Below, piece after piece: positions 49,173-61,856 of a DNA stretch of 64,000 nt. Every line of letters starts with the position of its first letter. Position 1 is the stretch's first letter. Origin of the DNA: Mobula hypostoma (Eukaryota); NCBI RefSeq assembly GCF_963921235.1, contig NC_086129.1:32860001-32924000 (forward strand). The letters run 5' to 3'. The notes below the pieces were generated by a model, which worked only from the letters and a program-made list of their open reading frames with translations, had not been told where the DNA came from and made no database searches. Made by a program: the position numbers and the translations under genes.

Positions 49173-49806
49173 TGATTAGATTAGATTATGAGGACACGCA
49201 GTCCTCTTTTATTGTCATTTAGTAATGCTTGCATTAAGACATGATACAATTTGTTCCTCCAGAATGATATCACAGAAACACAAGACAAACCAAGACTAAA
49301 AAAAACTGACAAAAACCACAGAATTATAACATATAGTTACAACAGTGCAAGCAATACCGTAACTTGATAGAAGAACAGACCATGGGCACAGTAAAAAGTC
49401 TCAAAGTCTCTCGAAAATCCCATCATCTCACGCAGACGGTTGAAGGAAGCTTCCAGCGCCATAATCTTGCCGATGCAGCATCATGGAAGCACCCCGACCA
49501 CAGTCCGATTCCGAGTCCATCCAAAAACTTCGAGCCTCCGACCAGCTCTCCAACACCGAGCACCGAGCACCGAGCACCACCTCTAACGAGCGCTTCGACC
49601 CCCGGCCCCGGCAACAGGCAATAGGCAAAGCCGAGGATTTGGGGCCTACCCCTCCGGAGATTCTCGATTGCACAGTCGCAGAAATTTCTCCAGATGCTCC
49701 TCTGTGCTTCTCACGGCTGTCTCCATCAAATCAAGATTGTGCACGGCATCCTAGTTCACAAATACGATATCAATTCAGAGCGGCCGCGTGCGCCACCATC
49801 TTCTCC
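49173..49806 (-). mobile_element. Non-coding retroposon with AAGATGGTGGCG head and (CTAAT)n tail
   Basis: CGCCACCATCTT at 49791-49802; AATAAA on the minus strand at ~49207-49212; (GATTA)n at 49173-49189; CpG-rich body. Confidence 0.6.
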
Positions 49807-49904
49807 TCCCCCATTACTGATGTGCAAACTTGCAATAATCTTATATGAATATAAAGTTTGTGATTCAACTGACAGAGCATAGCTCTCCTCCATTATAGGC
49901 TCTC

Positions 49905-50403
49905 CTCCATTATGTCCTGTTTAACTTCAGAGAAAATAAGAAGTCCGATATTTGATACATCCTTTAAATTTGAGCAAATCTGGTGACCTTTTATCCAATA
50001 TTTTCATTTAATTTGATTTATTACTTTTTCAATCTTTTTTTTTCCGAGTTTAAGATATGATCAGGAAGTCTTTCTTTCTTTTTTTTTGGGTCATATCCTC
50101 AATATGGACTGCCCAGTCCTGTTTTTGTTTTTTTTTCTATAGTGTAATTTTTTTTTCTTTTCATTAAAAATCCAATGTTTTTTTCTTTTCTCTTCATAAA
50201 CTGATAAGAGGAGAATTGCTATTGTAATTTTCTTTCTATTATATATTTCATACTAGTTTAGCAATATCTATGATTTTGACAATGTCTATCTTAATCTCGG
50301 TTTATATTGTTACTGATATATATATTTGAGATAATTTTCCTCTTGATTGTATTTATGCTCCTTTTAAATCAATAAAAAGATTAATAAAGAAAGAAAAGAA
50401 AGA
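49905..50403 (+). mobile_element. L1-clade LINE 3' end
   Basis: Translates SIMSCLTSEKIRSPIFDTSFKFEQIW*PFIQYF (L1 ORF2 C-terminus-like); T-rich UTR, AATAAA and A-rich tail. Confidence 0.65.
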
Positions 50404-51312
50404 CCAGAGCACACCATAAAACAATGGCAAGGTTATGAATATGGCAAACTTTTAATACATTCAGCAGCTAATACATGTATGCTATGTGACAGCAAAAATG
50501 CAAAACCATTCTTCCATAATGATGATGTGAGGCTTGACATCAATCCAGGTTATGGTATTATTGAATAAACATACGTGTTAAAATAACTGTTAAGTGATCC
50601 ACAACTTAATCTACCTATTTTATATGTATATAGAATACACCTGATGTGTGAGTGTCCTTGGAAAGATTTGGATTTATGAAATTATATGAAGGAACCATTT
50701 AAAAAGCAAATGATACAGTCAGTGGCTTAGAAATAAGACATTGATGGTTGACAAGGGTCGATGTATGAAGAATAATTCCTTCTCTCTTTTGTGATGTGCA
50801 TCTGGCCTGTCATTTCCAAGGGTTTCAGCAATCTCGCTGTCAGAGCCTGGCATATATATTGGTAAAGAGCAGCTCTTTTGTCTGCCCTCAGCAACAACTA
50901 TAATATATATCTCAAATCTCTCAGTGTTTACAAAGGCCTTTCGTTCAACAATCAATGTGACTTATTGTGAGCCTTGACTGCTTTGTTCTGGAGCATAAAC
51001 AAAGAGTATTAAGCCCTGTGAGAGATCAGCAGTTAACCCTCAAAAATTCATAACTGGTTTTATTGCTGTGTAAATAGAAATGGAGCATCAACCTGAATTA
51101 AAAGACTTTCTGCTGGTGCTAAGACAAATCTCATTCTTCTGTTAATCAAGCTCTCTTATTTCATACCACATTGAGTTCTATTTCCAAAACATATATTGCA
51201 TCAGCAAGCAAATGTTCCTGACATTTGTCACACTTGAGACAAGCAATCTTCTGTTGTCTAATCTGAAGACATTTTATCTATTAACCTGTGATTTTTTTTA
51301 AATTCTGCTTTT

Positions 51313-51406
51313 CAGATCCAAATACTCATGGTCATAATCATAGTCATACTTTCCCCCAGGATCAATAAAGTATGACTATGACTATGACTATGACTATTTG
51401 GATCTG
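51313..51406. repeat. 40-bp inverted repeat built on a LINE (GACTAT)n tail
   Basis: Arms 51313-51352 and 51367-51406 match at 37/40; same tail family as 61770-61856. Confidence 0.85.
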
Positions 51407-51789
51407 CTCTGTGGCCGGGCTGTTCAGATTAAGTGCTCTGCAAAGTCCTATTGCAGGCTGATGCCCTGAAAGTCTGCTGTAGGACGTTGGAGATTCTGCA
51501 ATGTTTAGCATCATCACAACAACGTAATGATCCTCTGTTAAATGCTTTATAATGTTATCGCTAAGCTAAAGGCACAAGTTAAGAAAAACGTTACTGTCCG
51601 AACTATTTAAGAGCAGTTTCTCAGAGTCGACTTGCAAAGACAGTCAGAAAAAGTGCCACTTTTCCAACCCATTCCAGAGATTCGAATGTAAAGGTCAGTC
51701 TAACACTCCAAGGCAGCACAGAGAATACTACTGGATGTGCCAACATTTTGAAGAGACAATACAAGATATTGTTTATTTCTTTTGGAAGT

Positions 51790-52791
51790 ATCTTCATTGA
51801 GTTGCTGTCACATGATCGGATATTTGCAGTATTGAGCAGGTGGACACGTGTACCTAATAAAGTGGACACTGAGGCTACGTCCACACTAGACTGGATAAAT
51901 CTGTAACTGAAGCTTTTTCTCTTCATTTTGACCCTCCGTCCACACTGAAATGGCATTTTCCTCCCCCAAAAACAGAGCTTCTAAATCTGAAAACGCTGGT
52001 TGGCCGTTATAGTGTGTACGGGGTAACCAGCTAATTTTAAAAACGCTGTCATGATGTGCTGGAACAAATGGTGATGACAGTGCGGCATTTCATTGTTTTC
52101 TTGAATGCAACCTCCAACACCACAACAGCGATATCTGACAATAGATGTGTAACATCCTAATGTAACATTGTATGGAAATACAAGATAACACTGATGTAGA
52201 CACATTTTATGCATTTAAAAAGGTGCTTTATTAATGTATTGCTTGTGCAAACATTCAATAGATGCAATTGTCACTTTTGCCCAGTAAATCGTTTTATTGC
52301 ACGTTAAATACAGCAAAATAATGCACAAAGACATGGCAAAAGTAAAGGCAAACAAATGAGGTAACAGCAAATTTCAATTTTGCCCAGTAACAAGCCTTAT
52401 TGCATTTAGTTGTAGCTGTCGTCCCTTTCATCGGCGAAGAGACTATGGCTATAGGAAATGTTCCTGGACAAACGCGCATCAAGTCTTTCGTTTGGCAATT
52501 TCCTTTTAAGATTTTCTAGTCTGTAACTGGACAAATGCACACCAAGTCATTCATTTGGCAATTTCCTTTTAAGTTTTTCTAGTCTGTAACTGGACAAACG
52601 CGCACCAAGTGTACTGTTTACTCTGCTTGTTTTCTGTGTGTCCTGCGCATGCCCAGTAGGAGGAGATTCGCTCAAATATCCATTTTAATATGGACGGAGG
52701 TATTTTCAAAAATGCCTGGTGTGGATGCCTATCGTTTTTACGGGAAACTTTTTAAAATTATCCGGTCTAGTGTGGACGTAGCCCGAGTGTA
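51790..52791. mobile_element. Tc1-like terminal fragment interrupted by a Harbinger MITE
   Basis: gtgtacctaataaagtggacactga|..|gtgta reconstitutes a Tc1-type TIR (reverse complement TACACTCAGTGTCCACTTTATTAGGTACAC). Confidence 0.65.
51873..52783. mobile_element. PIF/Harbinger non-autonomous element (911 bp)
   Basis: TIRs GGCTACGTCCACACTAGAC / GTCTAGTGTGGACGTAGCC; 3-bp TSD TGA / CGA; internal ~63-bp tandem unit at ~52464-52610. Confidence 0.9.
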
Positions 52792-53856
52792 TATCGGCCA
52801 CAGGAAATTGCCCCTTCTTCAATTCCTGTTCTCCTGTAAGTATTGACCCAGAGTTCCTCCAGCAGATTGTTTGTAAATACAGTATGTTTGTTTTATCTCC
52901 ATGTCCTTCCATGGTAATCTGGCTCCCACCATTTGATGCTCGCCACCTTCAGTCCCATTAATCTTCTTTAAATTTTTATCTACATCTTCTGTTACTCAGT
53001 TTCATGTTCCAATAGCATGGTACGGCAGCGTTGTATTGCTGAATTGAATAGAGAATAAGATCATCCTCGGTATGGCTCGTAGAATATGAAGATGCAGCCT
53101 ACAATTGATGTCAGTATCACTGATCAAAGTGAAGAACATAACAACATAAGAAATAGGAGCAGAAGTAAGTTTTCTGGCACGTAGAGCCTGCTCCACCGTT
53201 CACTAAGATTGTGGCTGATCTGACCATGGACTCATCTCCACCTACCTACCTTTTCCCCATAAACCTTAATTCCCCTACTATGCAAAAATCTATCCAACTT
53301 TGTCTTAAATATATTTACTGAGGTAGCCTCCACTGTTTCATTGGACAGAGAATTCCATAGATACATCACTGTTTGGGAAAATCAGTTCCTCCTCATCTCC
53401 ATCTTAAATTTACTCCCCTGAATCTTGAGGCTATGTCCCTTAGTTCTAGTCTCACCTACCAGTGGAAACAACTTCCCTGCCTCTATCTTATCTATCCCTT
53501 TCAGTATTTTATATGTTTCCGTAAGATCTCCTCTCATTCTTCTGAATTCCAGTGAATACAGTCCCAGGCAACTCAATTTCTCCTCATAGTCTAACCCTCT
53601 CATTTCTGGAATCACTCTGGTGAACCACCTCTGCACCGCCTCCAAGGCCAGTATATCCTTCCTCAAGTAAGGAGACCAGAACTGCACGCAGTACTCCAGG
53701 TGCGGCCTCACCAGTACTCTGTATAGTTGCAGCATAACTACCCTGCTCTTGAATTCAATACCTCTAGCAATGAAGGCCAACGTTCCATTTGCCTTTTTGA
53801 TAGCCTGCTGCACCTGCAAATCAACCTTTTGCAATTCATGCACAAGCACTCCCAAG

Positions 53857-56800
53857 AGCATTTGCTACTGTTGTTCAGGAGAATTTAAACTAATATGGCA
53901 GGGGGATGGGAACAAGTGCAGAGAGACAGAGGGGTGTAAAATGAGGGTAGAAGCAAAAAGTAGTAAGGTGAAAAGTAAAAGTGGCAGGCAGGCAAATCCA
54001 GGGCAAAAATCAAAAAGGGCCACTTTTCAACATAATTGTATAGTGGCTAAGAGTGTTGTAAAAACAAGCCTGAAGGCTTTGTGTTTCAATGCAAGGAGCA
54101 TTCGTAACAAGGTGGATGAATTGAATGTGCAGATAGTTATTAATGAATATGATATAGTTGGGATCACAGAGACATGGCTCCAGGGTGACCAAGGATGGGA
54201 GCTCAACATTCAGGGATATTCAATGTTCAGGAGGGATAGACATGAAAGAAAAGGAGGTGGGGTAGCATTGCTGGTTAGAGAGGAGATTAACGCAATAGAA
54301 AGGAAGGACATTAGCCGGGAGGATGTGGAATCGATATTGGTAGAGCTGCATAACACTAAGGGGCAGGAAACGCTGGTGGGAGTCGTGTACAGGCCACCTA
54401 ACAGTCGTAGTGAGGCTGAGGATGGTATTAAACAGGAAATTAGAAATGCGTGCAATAAAGGAATAGCAGTTATAATGGGTGACTTCAATCTACATATAGA
54501 TTAGGTGAACCAAATTGATAAGGGTGCTGAGGAAGAGGATTTCTTGGAATGTATGCAGGATGGTTTTCTGAACCAACATGTCGAGGAACCAACTAGAGAG
54601 AAGGCCATTCTAGACTGGGTATTGAGCAATGAGGAAGGGTTAGTTAGCAATCTTGTCGTGGGAGGCCCCATGGGTAAGAATGACCATAATATGGAGGAAT
54701 TCTTCATTAAAATGGAGAGTGACATAGTTAATTCAGAAACAAAGGTTCTGAACTTAAAGAAGGGTAAATTTGAAGGCTATGAGACGTGAATTAGCTAAGA
54801 TAGACTGGCAAATGATACTTAAAGGGTTGACGGTGGATGTGCAATGGCAAGCATTTAAAGATTGCATGGATGAACTACAACAATTGTTCATCCCAGGTTG
54901 GCAAAAGAATAAATCAAGGAAGATAGTGCACCCATGGCTGACAAGGGAAATTCGGGATAGGATCAATTCCAAAGAAGAAACATACAAATTAGCCAGAGAA
55001 AGCAGCACACCTGAGGACTGGGAGAAATTCAGAGTCCAGCAGAGGAGGACAAAGGGCTTAATTAGGAAAGGGAAAAAAGATTATGAGAGAAAGCTAGCAG
55101 GGAACAAAAAAACTGACGGTAAAAGCTTTTATAGATGTGTGAAAAGAAAAAGATTGGTTAAGACAAATGTAGGTCCTTTACAGTCAGAAACAGGTGAATT
55201 GATCATGGGGAACAAGGACATGGCAGACCAATTGAATAACTACTTTGGTTCTGTCCTCACTAAGGAGGACATAAATAATCTTCCGGAAATAGTAGGGACC
55301 GAGGGTCTAGTGAGATGGAGGGACTGAGGGAAATACATGTTAGTAGGGAAGTGGTGTTAGGTAAATTGAAGGGATTAAAGGCAGATAAATCCTCAGGGCC
55401 AGATGGTCTGCATCCCAGAGTGCTTAAGGAAGTAGCTCAAGAAATAGTGGATGCATTAGTGATAATTTTTCAAAACTCTTTAGATTCTGGATTAGTTCCT
55501 GAGGATTGGAGGGTGGCTAATGTAACCCCGCTTTTTAAAAAAGGAGGCAGAGAGAGACCGGGGTATTATAGTCTGGTAAGCCTGACATCGGTGGTGGGGA
55601 AAATGCTAGAGTCAGTTATGAAAGATGTGATAACAGCACATTTGGAAAGCCATGAAATCATCGGACAAAGTCAGCATGGATTTGTGAAAGGAAAATCAGG
55701 TCTGACGAATCTCATAGAATTTTTTGAGGATGTAACTAGTAGAGTGGATAGGGGAGAACCAGTGGATGTGATATATTTGGATTTTCAAAAGGCTTTTGAC
55801 AAGGTCCCACACAGGAGATTAGTGTGCAAACTTAAAGCACATGGTATTGGGGGCATGGTATTGATGTGGATAGGGAATTGGTCGGCAGACAGGAAGCAAA
55901 GAGTGGGAATAAACGGGACCTTTTCAGAATGGCAGGCAGTGACTAGCGGGGTACCGCAAGGCTCAGTGCTGGGACCCCAGTTGTTTACAATATATATTAA
56001 TGACTTAGACGAGGGAATTAAATGCAGCATCTCCGAGTTTGTGGATGACACGAAGCTGGGTGGCAGTTTTAGCTGTGAGGAGGATGCTAAGAGGATGCAG
56101 GGTGACTTGGATAGGTTAGGTGAGTGGGCAAATTCATGGCAGATGCAATTTAATGTGGATAAATGTGAGATTATCCACTTTGGTGGCAAAAACAGGAAAA
56201 CAGATTATTATCTGAATGATAGCCGATTAGGAAAAGGGGAGGTGCAACGAGACCTGGGTGTCATTATACACCAGTCATTGAAAGTAGGCATGCAGGTACA
56301 GCAGGCGGTGAAAAAGGCAAATGGTATGCTGGCATTTATAGCAAGAGGATTTGAGTACAGGAGCAGGGAGGTACTACTGCAGTTGTACAAGGCCTTGGTG
56401 AGACCACACCTGGAGTATTGTGTGCAGTTTTGGTCCCCTAATCTGAGGAAAGACATTCTTGCCATAGAGGGAGTACAAAGAAGGTTCACCAGATTGATTC
56501 CTGGGATGGCAGGACTTTCATATGATGAAAGACTGGATTGACTAGGCTTATACTCGCTGGAATTTCGAAGATTGAGGGGGGATCTTATTGAAATGTATAA
56601 AATTCTAAAGGGATTAGACAGGCTAGATGCAGGAAGAGTGTTTCCAATGTTGGGGAAGTCCAGAATGAGGGGTCACAGTTTAAGGATAAAGGGGAAGCCT
56701 TTTAGGACCGAGATGCGGAAAAACGTCTTCACACAGAGAGTGGTGAATCTGTGGAATTCTCTACCACAGGAAATAGTTGAGGTCAATTCATTGGCTATAT

Positions 56801-56967
56801 TTAAGAGGGAGTTAGATATGGCCCTTGTGGCTAAAGGGATCGAGGGTATGGAGAGAAGGCAGGTACAGGGTTCTGAGTTGGACGATCAGCCATGATCATA
56901 CTGAATGGCGGTGCAGGCTCGAAAGGCCAAATGGCCTACTCCTGCACCTATTTTCTATGTTTCTATG
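53857..56967 (+). mobile_element. CR1 LINE with ORF1 end and near-complete ORF2 (APE endonuclease + RT)
   Basis: AFATVVQENLN* ORF1 end; NARSI, ITETW, YRPP, GDFN endonuclease motifs; QHGF, DFQKAFD, GVPQG, FVDD RT motifs. Lesions: TAG 54502, frameshifts at ~54775 and ~55300, TGA 56539. (TTTCTATG)2 tail. Confidence 0.96.
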
Positions 56968-57618
56968 TCCTTCTGCAACCTTTTACCATTTAAATAATAA
57001 TCTGATCTTCCATTTTTCCTTCCAAAGTGGATGACCTCACATTTACCAACATTGTATTCCATCTGCCAGACCCTTGCCCACTCACTTAACCTATCTATAT
57101 CTCTCTGCAGACTCTCCATATCCCCTGCACAATTTGCTTTTCCACTCAAATTCGTGTCATCAGCAAACTTAGATACACTACACTCAGTCCCCTCTTCCAG
57201 ATCGTTACTGTATATTGTGAACAGTTGCGGGCCCAGCACCAACCCCTGTGGCACACCACTCACCACTGATTGCCAACTAGAGAAACACCCATGTATCCCA
57301 ACTCTCTGCTTTCTATTGGCTAACCAGTTCTCTATCCATGCTAAACATCATCCCCAACTCTATGCATCCTTATCTTATGGATAAGTCTTTTATGTGGCAC
57401 CTTATCAAACGCATTCTGGAAATCCAAGTAAATAACATTCATCTGTTCCCCTCTATCCACTGCGCTCATTATATCCTCAAAGAACTCCAGTAAGTTTGTC
57501 AACCAGGACCTGCCTTTGCTGAATCCATGCTGCATCTGCCTGATAGATCCAATTTTTTCCCCAGTGTCTTGTTATTTCTTTTTTAATGATAGCTTCAAGC
57601 ATTTTCCCAACTACCTGT

Positions 57619-58011
57619 CTAGCCTCTACCTATGTCGTTGATACCCACATGGACCACGACAACTTGATCTTTCTCCTCCCACTGCAAATTCCTCTGCAGG
57701 TCAGATAAATTGGCCCGAACCCTGGCACCAGGCAAGCAACACAGCCTTCGGGACATTCTATCCCTGTGACAGAGAACTGAGTCTATTCCCCTGACTACAC
57801 TATCCCCAATTACCACTACATTTCTCTTCTCTCCCCCCTCTTGAATGGCTCCCTGAACCACAGTTCCATAGTTAGGTTGCTCATCCTTCCTACAGCTCCT
57901 ACTCTCATCCACACAGGGAGAAAGAATCACAGACCTGCTGGACAAGCTCAAGGGCTGAGGCTCCTCCAGCATTGTCTCTTGGATCCCATGACTCACCTCA
58001 CTCACAGTCAC
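57619..58011 (-). pseudogene. CR1 ORF1 SGNH/GDSL esterase-like domain fragment
   Basis: VVVIGDSVVRG, CLPGARV and VVVHVGINDIG blocks. Confidence 0.85.
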
Positions 58012-58159
58012 ACCCTCTTGCCCTGACCATAGAACAAATTTGAGACTTCCTCATGTAGGAAAGTACAGCCGTGTTGATGTTAACAAGACATTGTGAGCTT
58101 GGCATGGTGGCGAAGCCATCCAAAATTAATTAATGAACATGAAATAAGTTCCATAAGAG

Positions 58160-58525
58160 CAGAAGATATAGGAGCAGAATTAGGCTGATTGGCACATCAA
58201 GTCTGCCTCGCCATTTCAACATGGCTGATCCATTTTCCCTCTTAGCCCAAATCTCTTGCCTTCTTCCTGCATCCCTTCAAGCCCTGACTAATCAAGAATC
58301 CGTCAATCTCTGCCCTAAATATACCCAATGACTTGGCCTCCATAGCCAGCTGTGGCAACAAAGGCCACAGATTCACCACTCTCTGGATAAAGAAATTCCT
58401 CCTTATCTCCATTCTAAATGGACATCTTTCTATTCTGAGGCTGTGCCCTTTGCTCTTGGATGTCCCCACCATTGGAAATATCCCCTCCAGATCCACTCTA
58501 TCAAGGGCTTTCAACATTCCACAAT
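58160..58525 (-). mobile_element. CR1 LINE 3' end
   Basis: ORF 58242-58541 KGHSLRI..RRNFFIQRVVNLW. Confidence 0.85.
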
Positions 58526-59159
58526 AAGGCACCGCATTCAAGAGTGAGGGAGGAAAATTAGTGAATGTATTTGAATTTAAAATTATCTTAAATAATAAAA
58601 ATAAAATGTACCTGCTTTATTTGATAAAGAATGAGCTAAATGCTGACGTGATTCTTTTCTGCGGTTTGTGGCATCTAAACCATGTGATTCGATTACCTCT
58701 TGTAATTGACTATCCTAATTTTAACCAGGCCAATTTGTAAGTCCTAGTTTAATATTCAGAAAGCAAGAAGATAGTGTGGGACAGATTAAAACAAATTACC
58801 CTGCAGAACTCAAATAGATTTTTCTGGAAACTGGATCAATAAGTTTGTTAGACCATGAAATATATTTAATAACTCTTTCATATAGATTTTTAATTAGACA
58901 AAGGGGCAAATGAAAATACATGACTAGCAAAGAGTTTTGCAGTACATTGGCCCAGTCGCAATGATACAGTTGTGAGTTAATACAGCGAATTCAGATATGT
59001 TACTGGATTTAAATTTGTCTAAAATTTTCTATTATTAAATAGAATTATGTTGAGTGTCTGACTCCCAGAGGCATGTAAAAACAAAATAACTGAATTACAC
59101 AATAAAAGAGAATGAATTTTATGGATTCAAAAATTAGCAATTTACAAAAAAATTATTTA

Positions 59160-59432
59160 TTATCTATTTATTGAGATGAGATACAGCATGGAGTAGGCTC
59201 TTCCAGCCCCTCAAGCCACATTGCACAGCAATATGGGACAACTAATTACGGGACAAATTACAATGGCTAATTAACGTACCAACCGGCACGATCTTTGGAC
59301 TGGTGGGAGGAAACTGGAGCACCCGTGTGGGGACGAGGAAAGCGTACAAACTCCTTACAGGCAGTGGAGGGAATTGAACCAGGGTCGCTTGTACTGTAAG
59401 GTGTTGTGCTAACCACTACGCTACCATGCCAG
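59160..59432 (-). mobile_element. HE1/V-SINE-like SINE
   Basis: tctttggactg..gggaggaaactggagcacc..gtacaaactccttacag..gggaattgaacc..gctaaccactacgctacc. Confidence 0.8.
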
Positions 59433-60179
59433 CCTAATATATAAAGATAAATTCTGATTTTAATTGTTTATCCATCTGTAAAATACAATTTCCTTTGATA
59501 CAATAACAATTATGTCTTGAGTTTCATTTTTGAAGATTGACACTCCAAGTGAACCTAATTGATCGAGGATAGATTTAGCTGGAGGTTCACCCTCATATAC
59601 TCAGGGTTGAATCCATACAGTTTGCTTTTTACCTAATAACTACATTGTTATTGTATTAGGGCTTGATTAGCTTCACCATTACTTTGACAGAAACTTCTGA
59701 ATTGTAACAGCATCTCTTGTAATTACAACACATATTTATAAGATCAGCTTGAGTGAAAGTATATAATTCCATTGGTTGCCATTCTGCAGACAAACATTTG
59801 ACTATGGACTTAATTATGTGTGTAAATTAAAATAAATGACATAATAATAGCAGCTATTAAATAATAAAATATGGGCTTCTGGGAAAAAATGAGGATCAAC
59901 ATCAATATTTGAAAGTAAGTCAAGGTACCAAAGGCTAAAATTACTTATTAGTAAAAGGTTTACATCTTTCAAGTTAAAGACATTTCTGACCTATAACTTT
60001 TATACAGCACTTTTCTGTTTCCTTCTCAAAATCTCTGTGCTCTCATTGAAGTGAGAGAAGTTGAGATCAGTGTATGGGAACAGGTTGCTCTAGGGTGTAT
60101 AGAGGACAGAATGTGGCAGCTGAATGCCTCCAGCTTGCAAATATCAGCACAAAGTCCACATGCAAACACTACCGTTCAA

Positions 60180-61150
60180 AACTTAATTAATAAAATTTTA
60201 TTATCTAAAATGCTTATAAACACTTGAGGACACCATTGCAGGGGCTACTGAGAGCAATACAATCTCTTCAATATTTTGTCAATGACTTTCCTTCCATCAT
60301 AAGGTCAGAAGAGGGGACTTTTAATAATGCTGGATGATGTCTGCCTACATTTGCAAGTCCTCAGTTATTAAAATGGCCTGAACCTCAGACTGCAAGACTT
60401 CCACAAAAAGGCTGATAAGTGGCATGTAAGAAATCTGTTGCACAAGTGGCAGACAATGTCTTCTACAATAAGAAAATCAAGTTCTCTCTCTTTGATATTC
60501 AGTGTCATTACCATCACAGTATCACATACCATTCGCATCCTAAAGGGCATACTACTGTCAAAAAACATAAATGAATCAGTCACATAAGTGCTGTGTTTGG
60601 AAGAGCAAGCTAGAGGCTAGCTATTCTGCAGCGAGTGACTCAATTTCAGACTCCAGTAAGCCATTCCAAGATCTACATGACACAAATCAGAACTGAGATA
60701 GAATACTCTACATTTGCTTGGATGAGTGCAACTCTAACAACATTTGAAAAGAACACCACTGGCAGAGGCAGCCTGCTTGATTGACAATTGATCCGCCATT
60801 CTGAACATCAGCTTCTCTATCACTGGCCCGGTGGCTGCAGTATGTAGCCCTGGATCACGCACTGTAAGAACTCACCAAGTCTGCTTCTACAGCATTTCCA
60901 AAGCAAACACTTAGAAGGAAGGTGGCCAAGGACAGAAACGGATGGGAATATCACCATTACCTTCACATTGCAAACTATCTGGATTTGGAAATATTTCTCC
61001 ATTGATTCAACAGTAGTAGAACAGAATTTTGCAACTCCTTATCTAACTACACCATGGGAATACCTTCATCTCAAGGTCTTCCGTTGTTTAAAAAGGTGGA
61101 TTCTCAGAAGTTGGGTTTGCTACCATCAACCACATCCTCGAAGTGAATAG
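60180..61150 (+). mobile_element. Ancient CR1/L2-like relic
   Basis: Colinear with 34140-35490; cactggcccggtggctgcagtatgta..gcactgtaagaactcaccaag. Confidence 0.5.
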
Positions 61151-61769
61151 AAATATTACATACGGTGATCAGATTTCTCTGATGGATTTAGCTCTTGTTA
61201 GCTACCAGGTAGAAGAAAAAGCTAAAGCAACTGCGCATTGGCTGATGACATAGATAGTATCTGTTCAGGGAATGAGGGTACCCAGGGTACTGAGCCAGTT
61301 GTAGTTTTCAGTCTCTTAAGATGAAGGCAGATTTGTGCTCAAGCATGATTGTAAACTAGAGAACAAAAGCCGATGAAAGATGCCTGAAATGCAAAGGCTG
61401 TCTCATGAGTTAGTCATGTTACTCTGGAGGAACTTTAAGCTGCCAGCAAGCAATTTGATGTTTATCGCTGACTTAGCATCAGTAACTAACTCTCTATTTA
61501 GAATTCATGGAGTACCTCTTGCTGATTAGGCTGTGCATTAATAAAGACACACAGAGACTAAACTCTTACAGAAAATATAGAGCTGCTGTAAATTATTACA
61601 CATCAGAAGCATTTCATTGTAATGTTCAGATCCTTTGATTATCATCTGAATTAATTTACTAAAAGAGCATTGTCCCAAAACTAACTTTGTTCCTCTCACC
61701 ACAGATGTTGCTAAACTGCTGAACATTTCCAACACTTTGTCTTAGAAAATTTCAGAAGCCATATTATTT

Positions 61770-61856
61770 AACTGTACCTGTACTGTAGCAACTGTAACGA
61801 AAACCAATTTCCCCCGGGATCAATAAAGTATGACTATGACTATGACTATGACTATT
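61770..61856 (+). mobile_element. Short LINE 3' tail with (GACTAT)4
   Basis: caatttcccccgggatcaataaagtat(gactat)n. Confidence 0.7.

Larger units (their letters stand above)
53133..58040 (-). mobile_element. CR1 LINE (53133-53856 + 56968-58040) hosting a plus-strand CR1
   Basis: ORFs 53382-53861, 56955-57266 and 57341-57535 are consecutive RT pieces; tail aagaacataa..; ORF1 piece beyond 57618. Confidence 0.88.
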
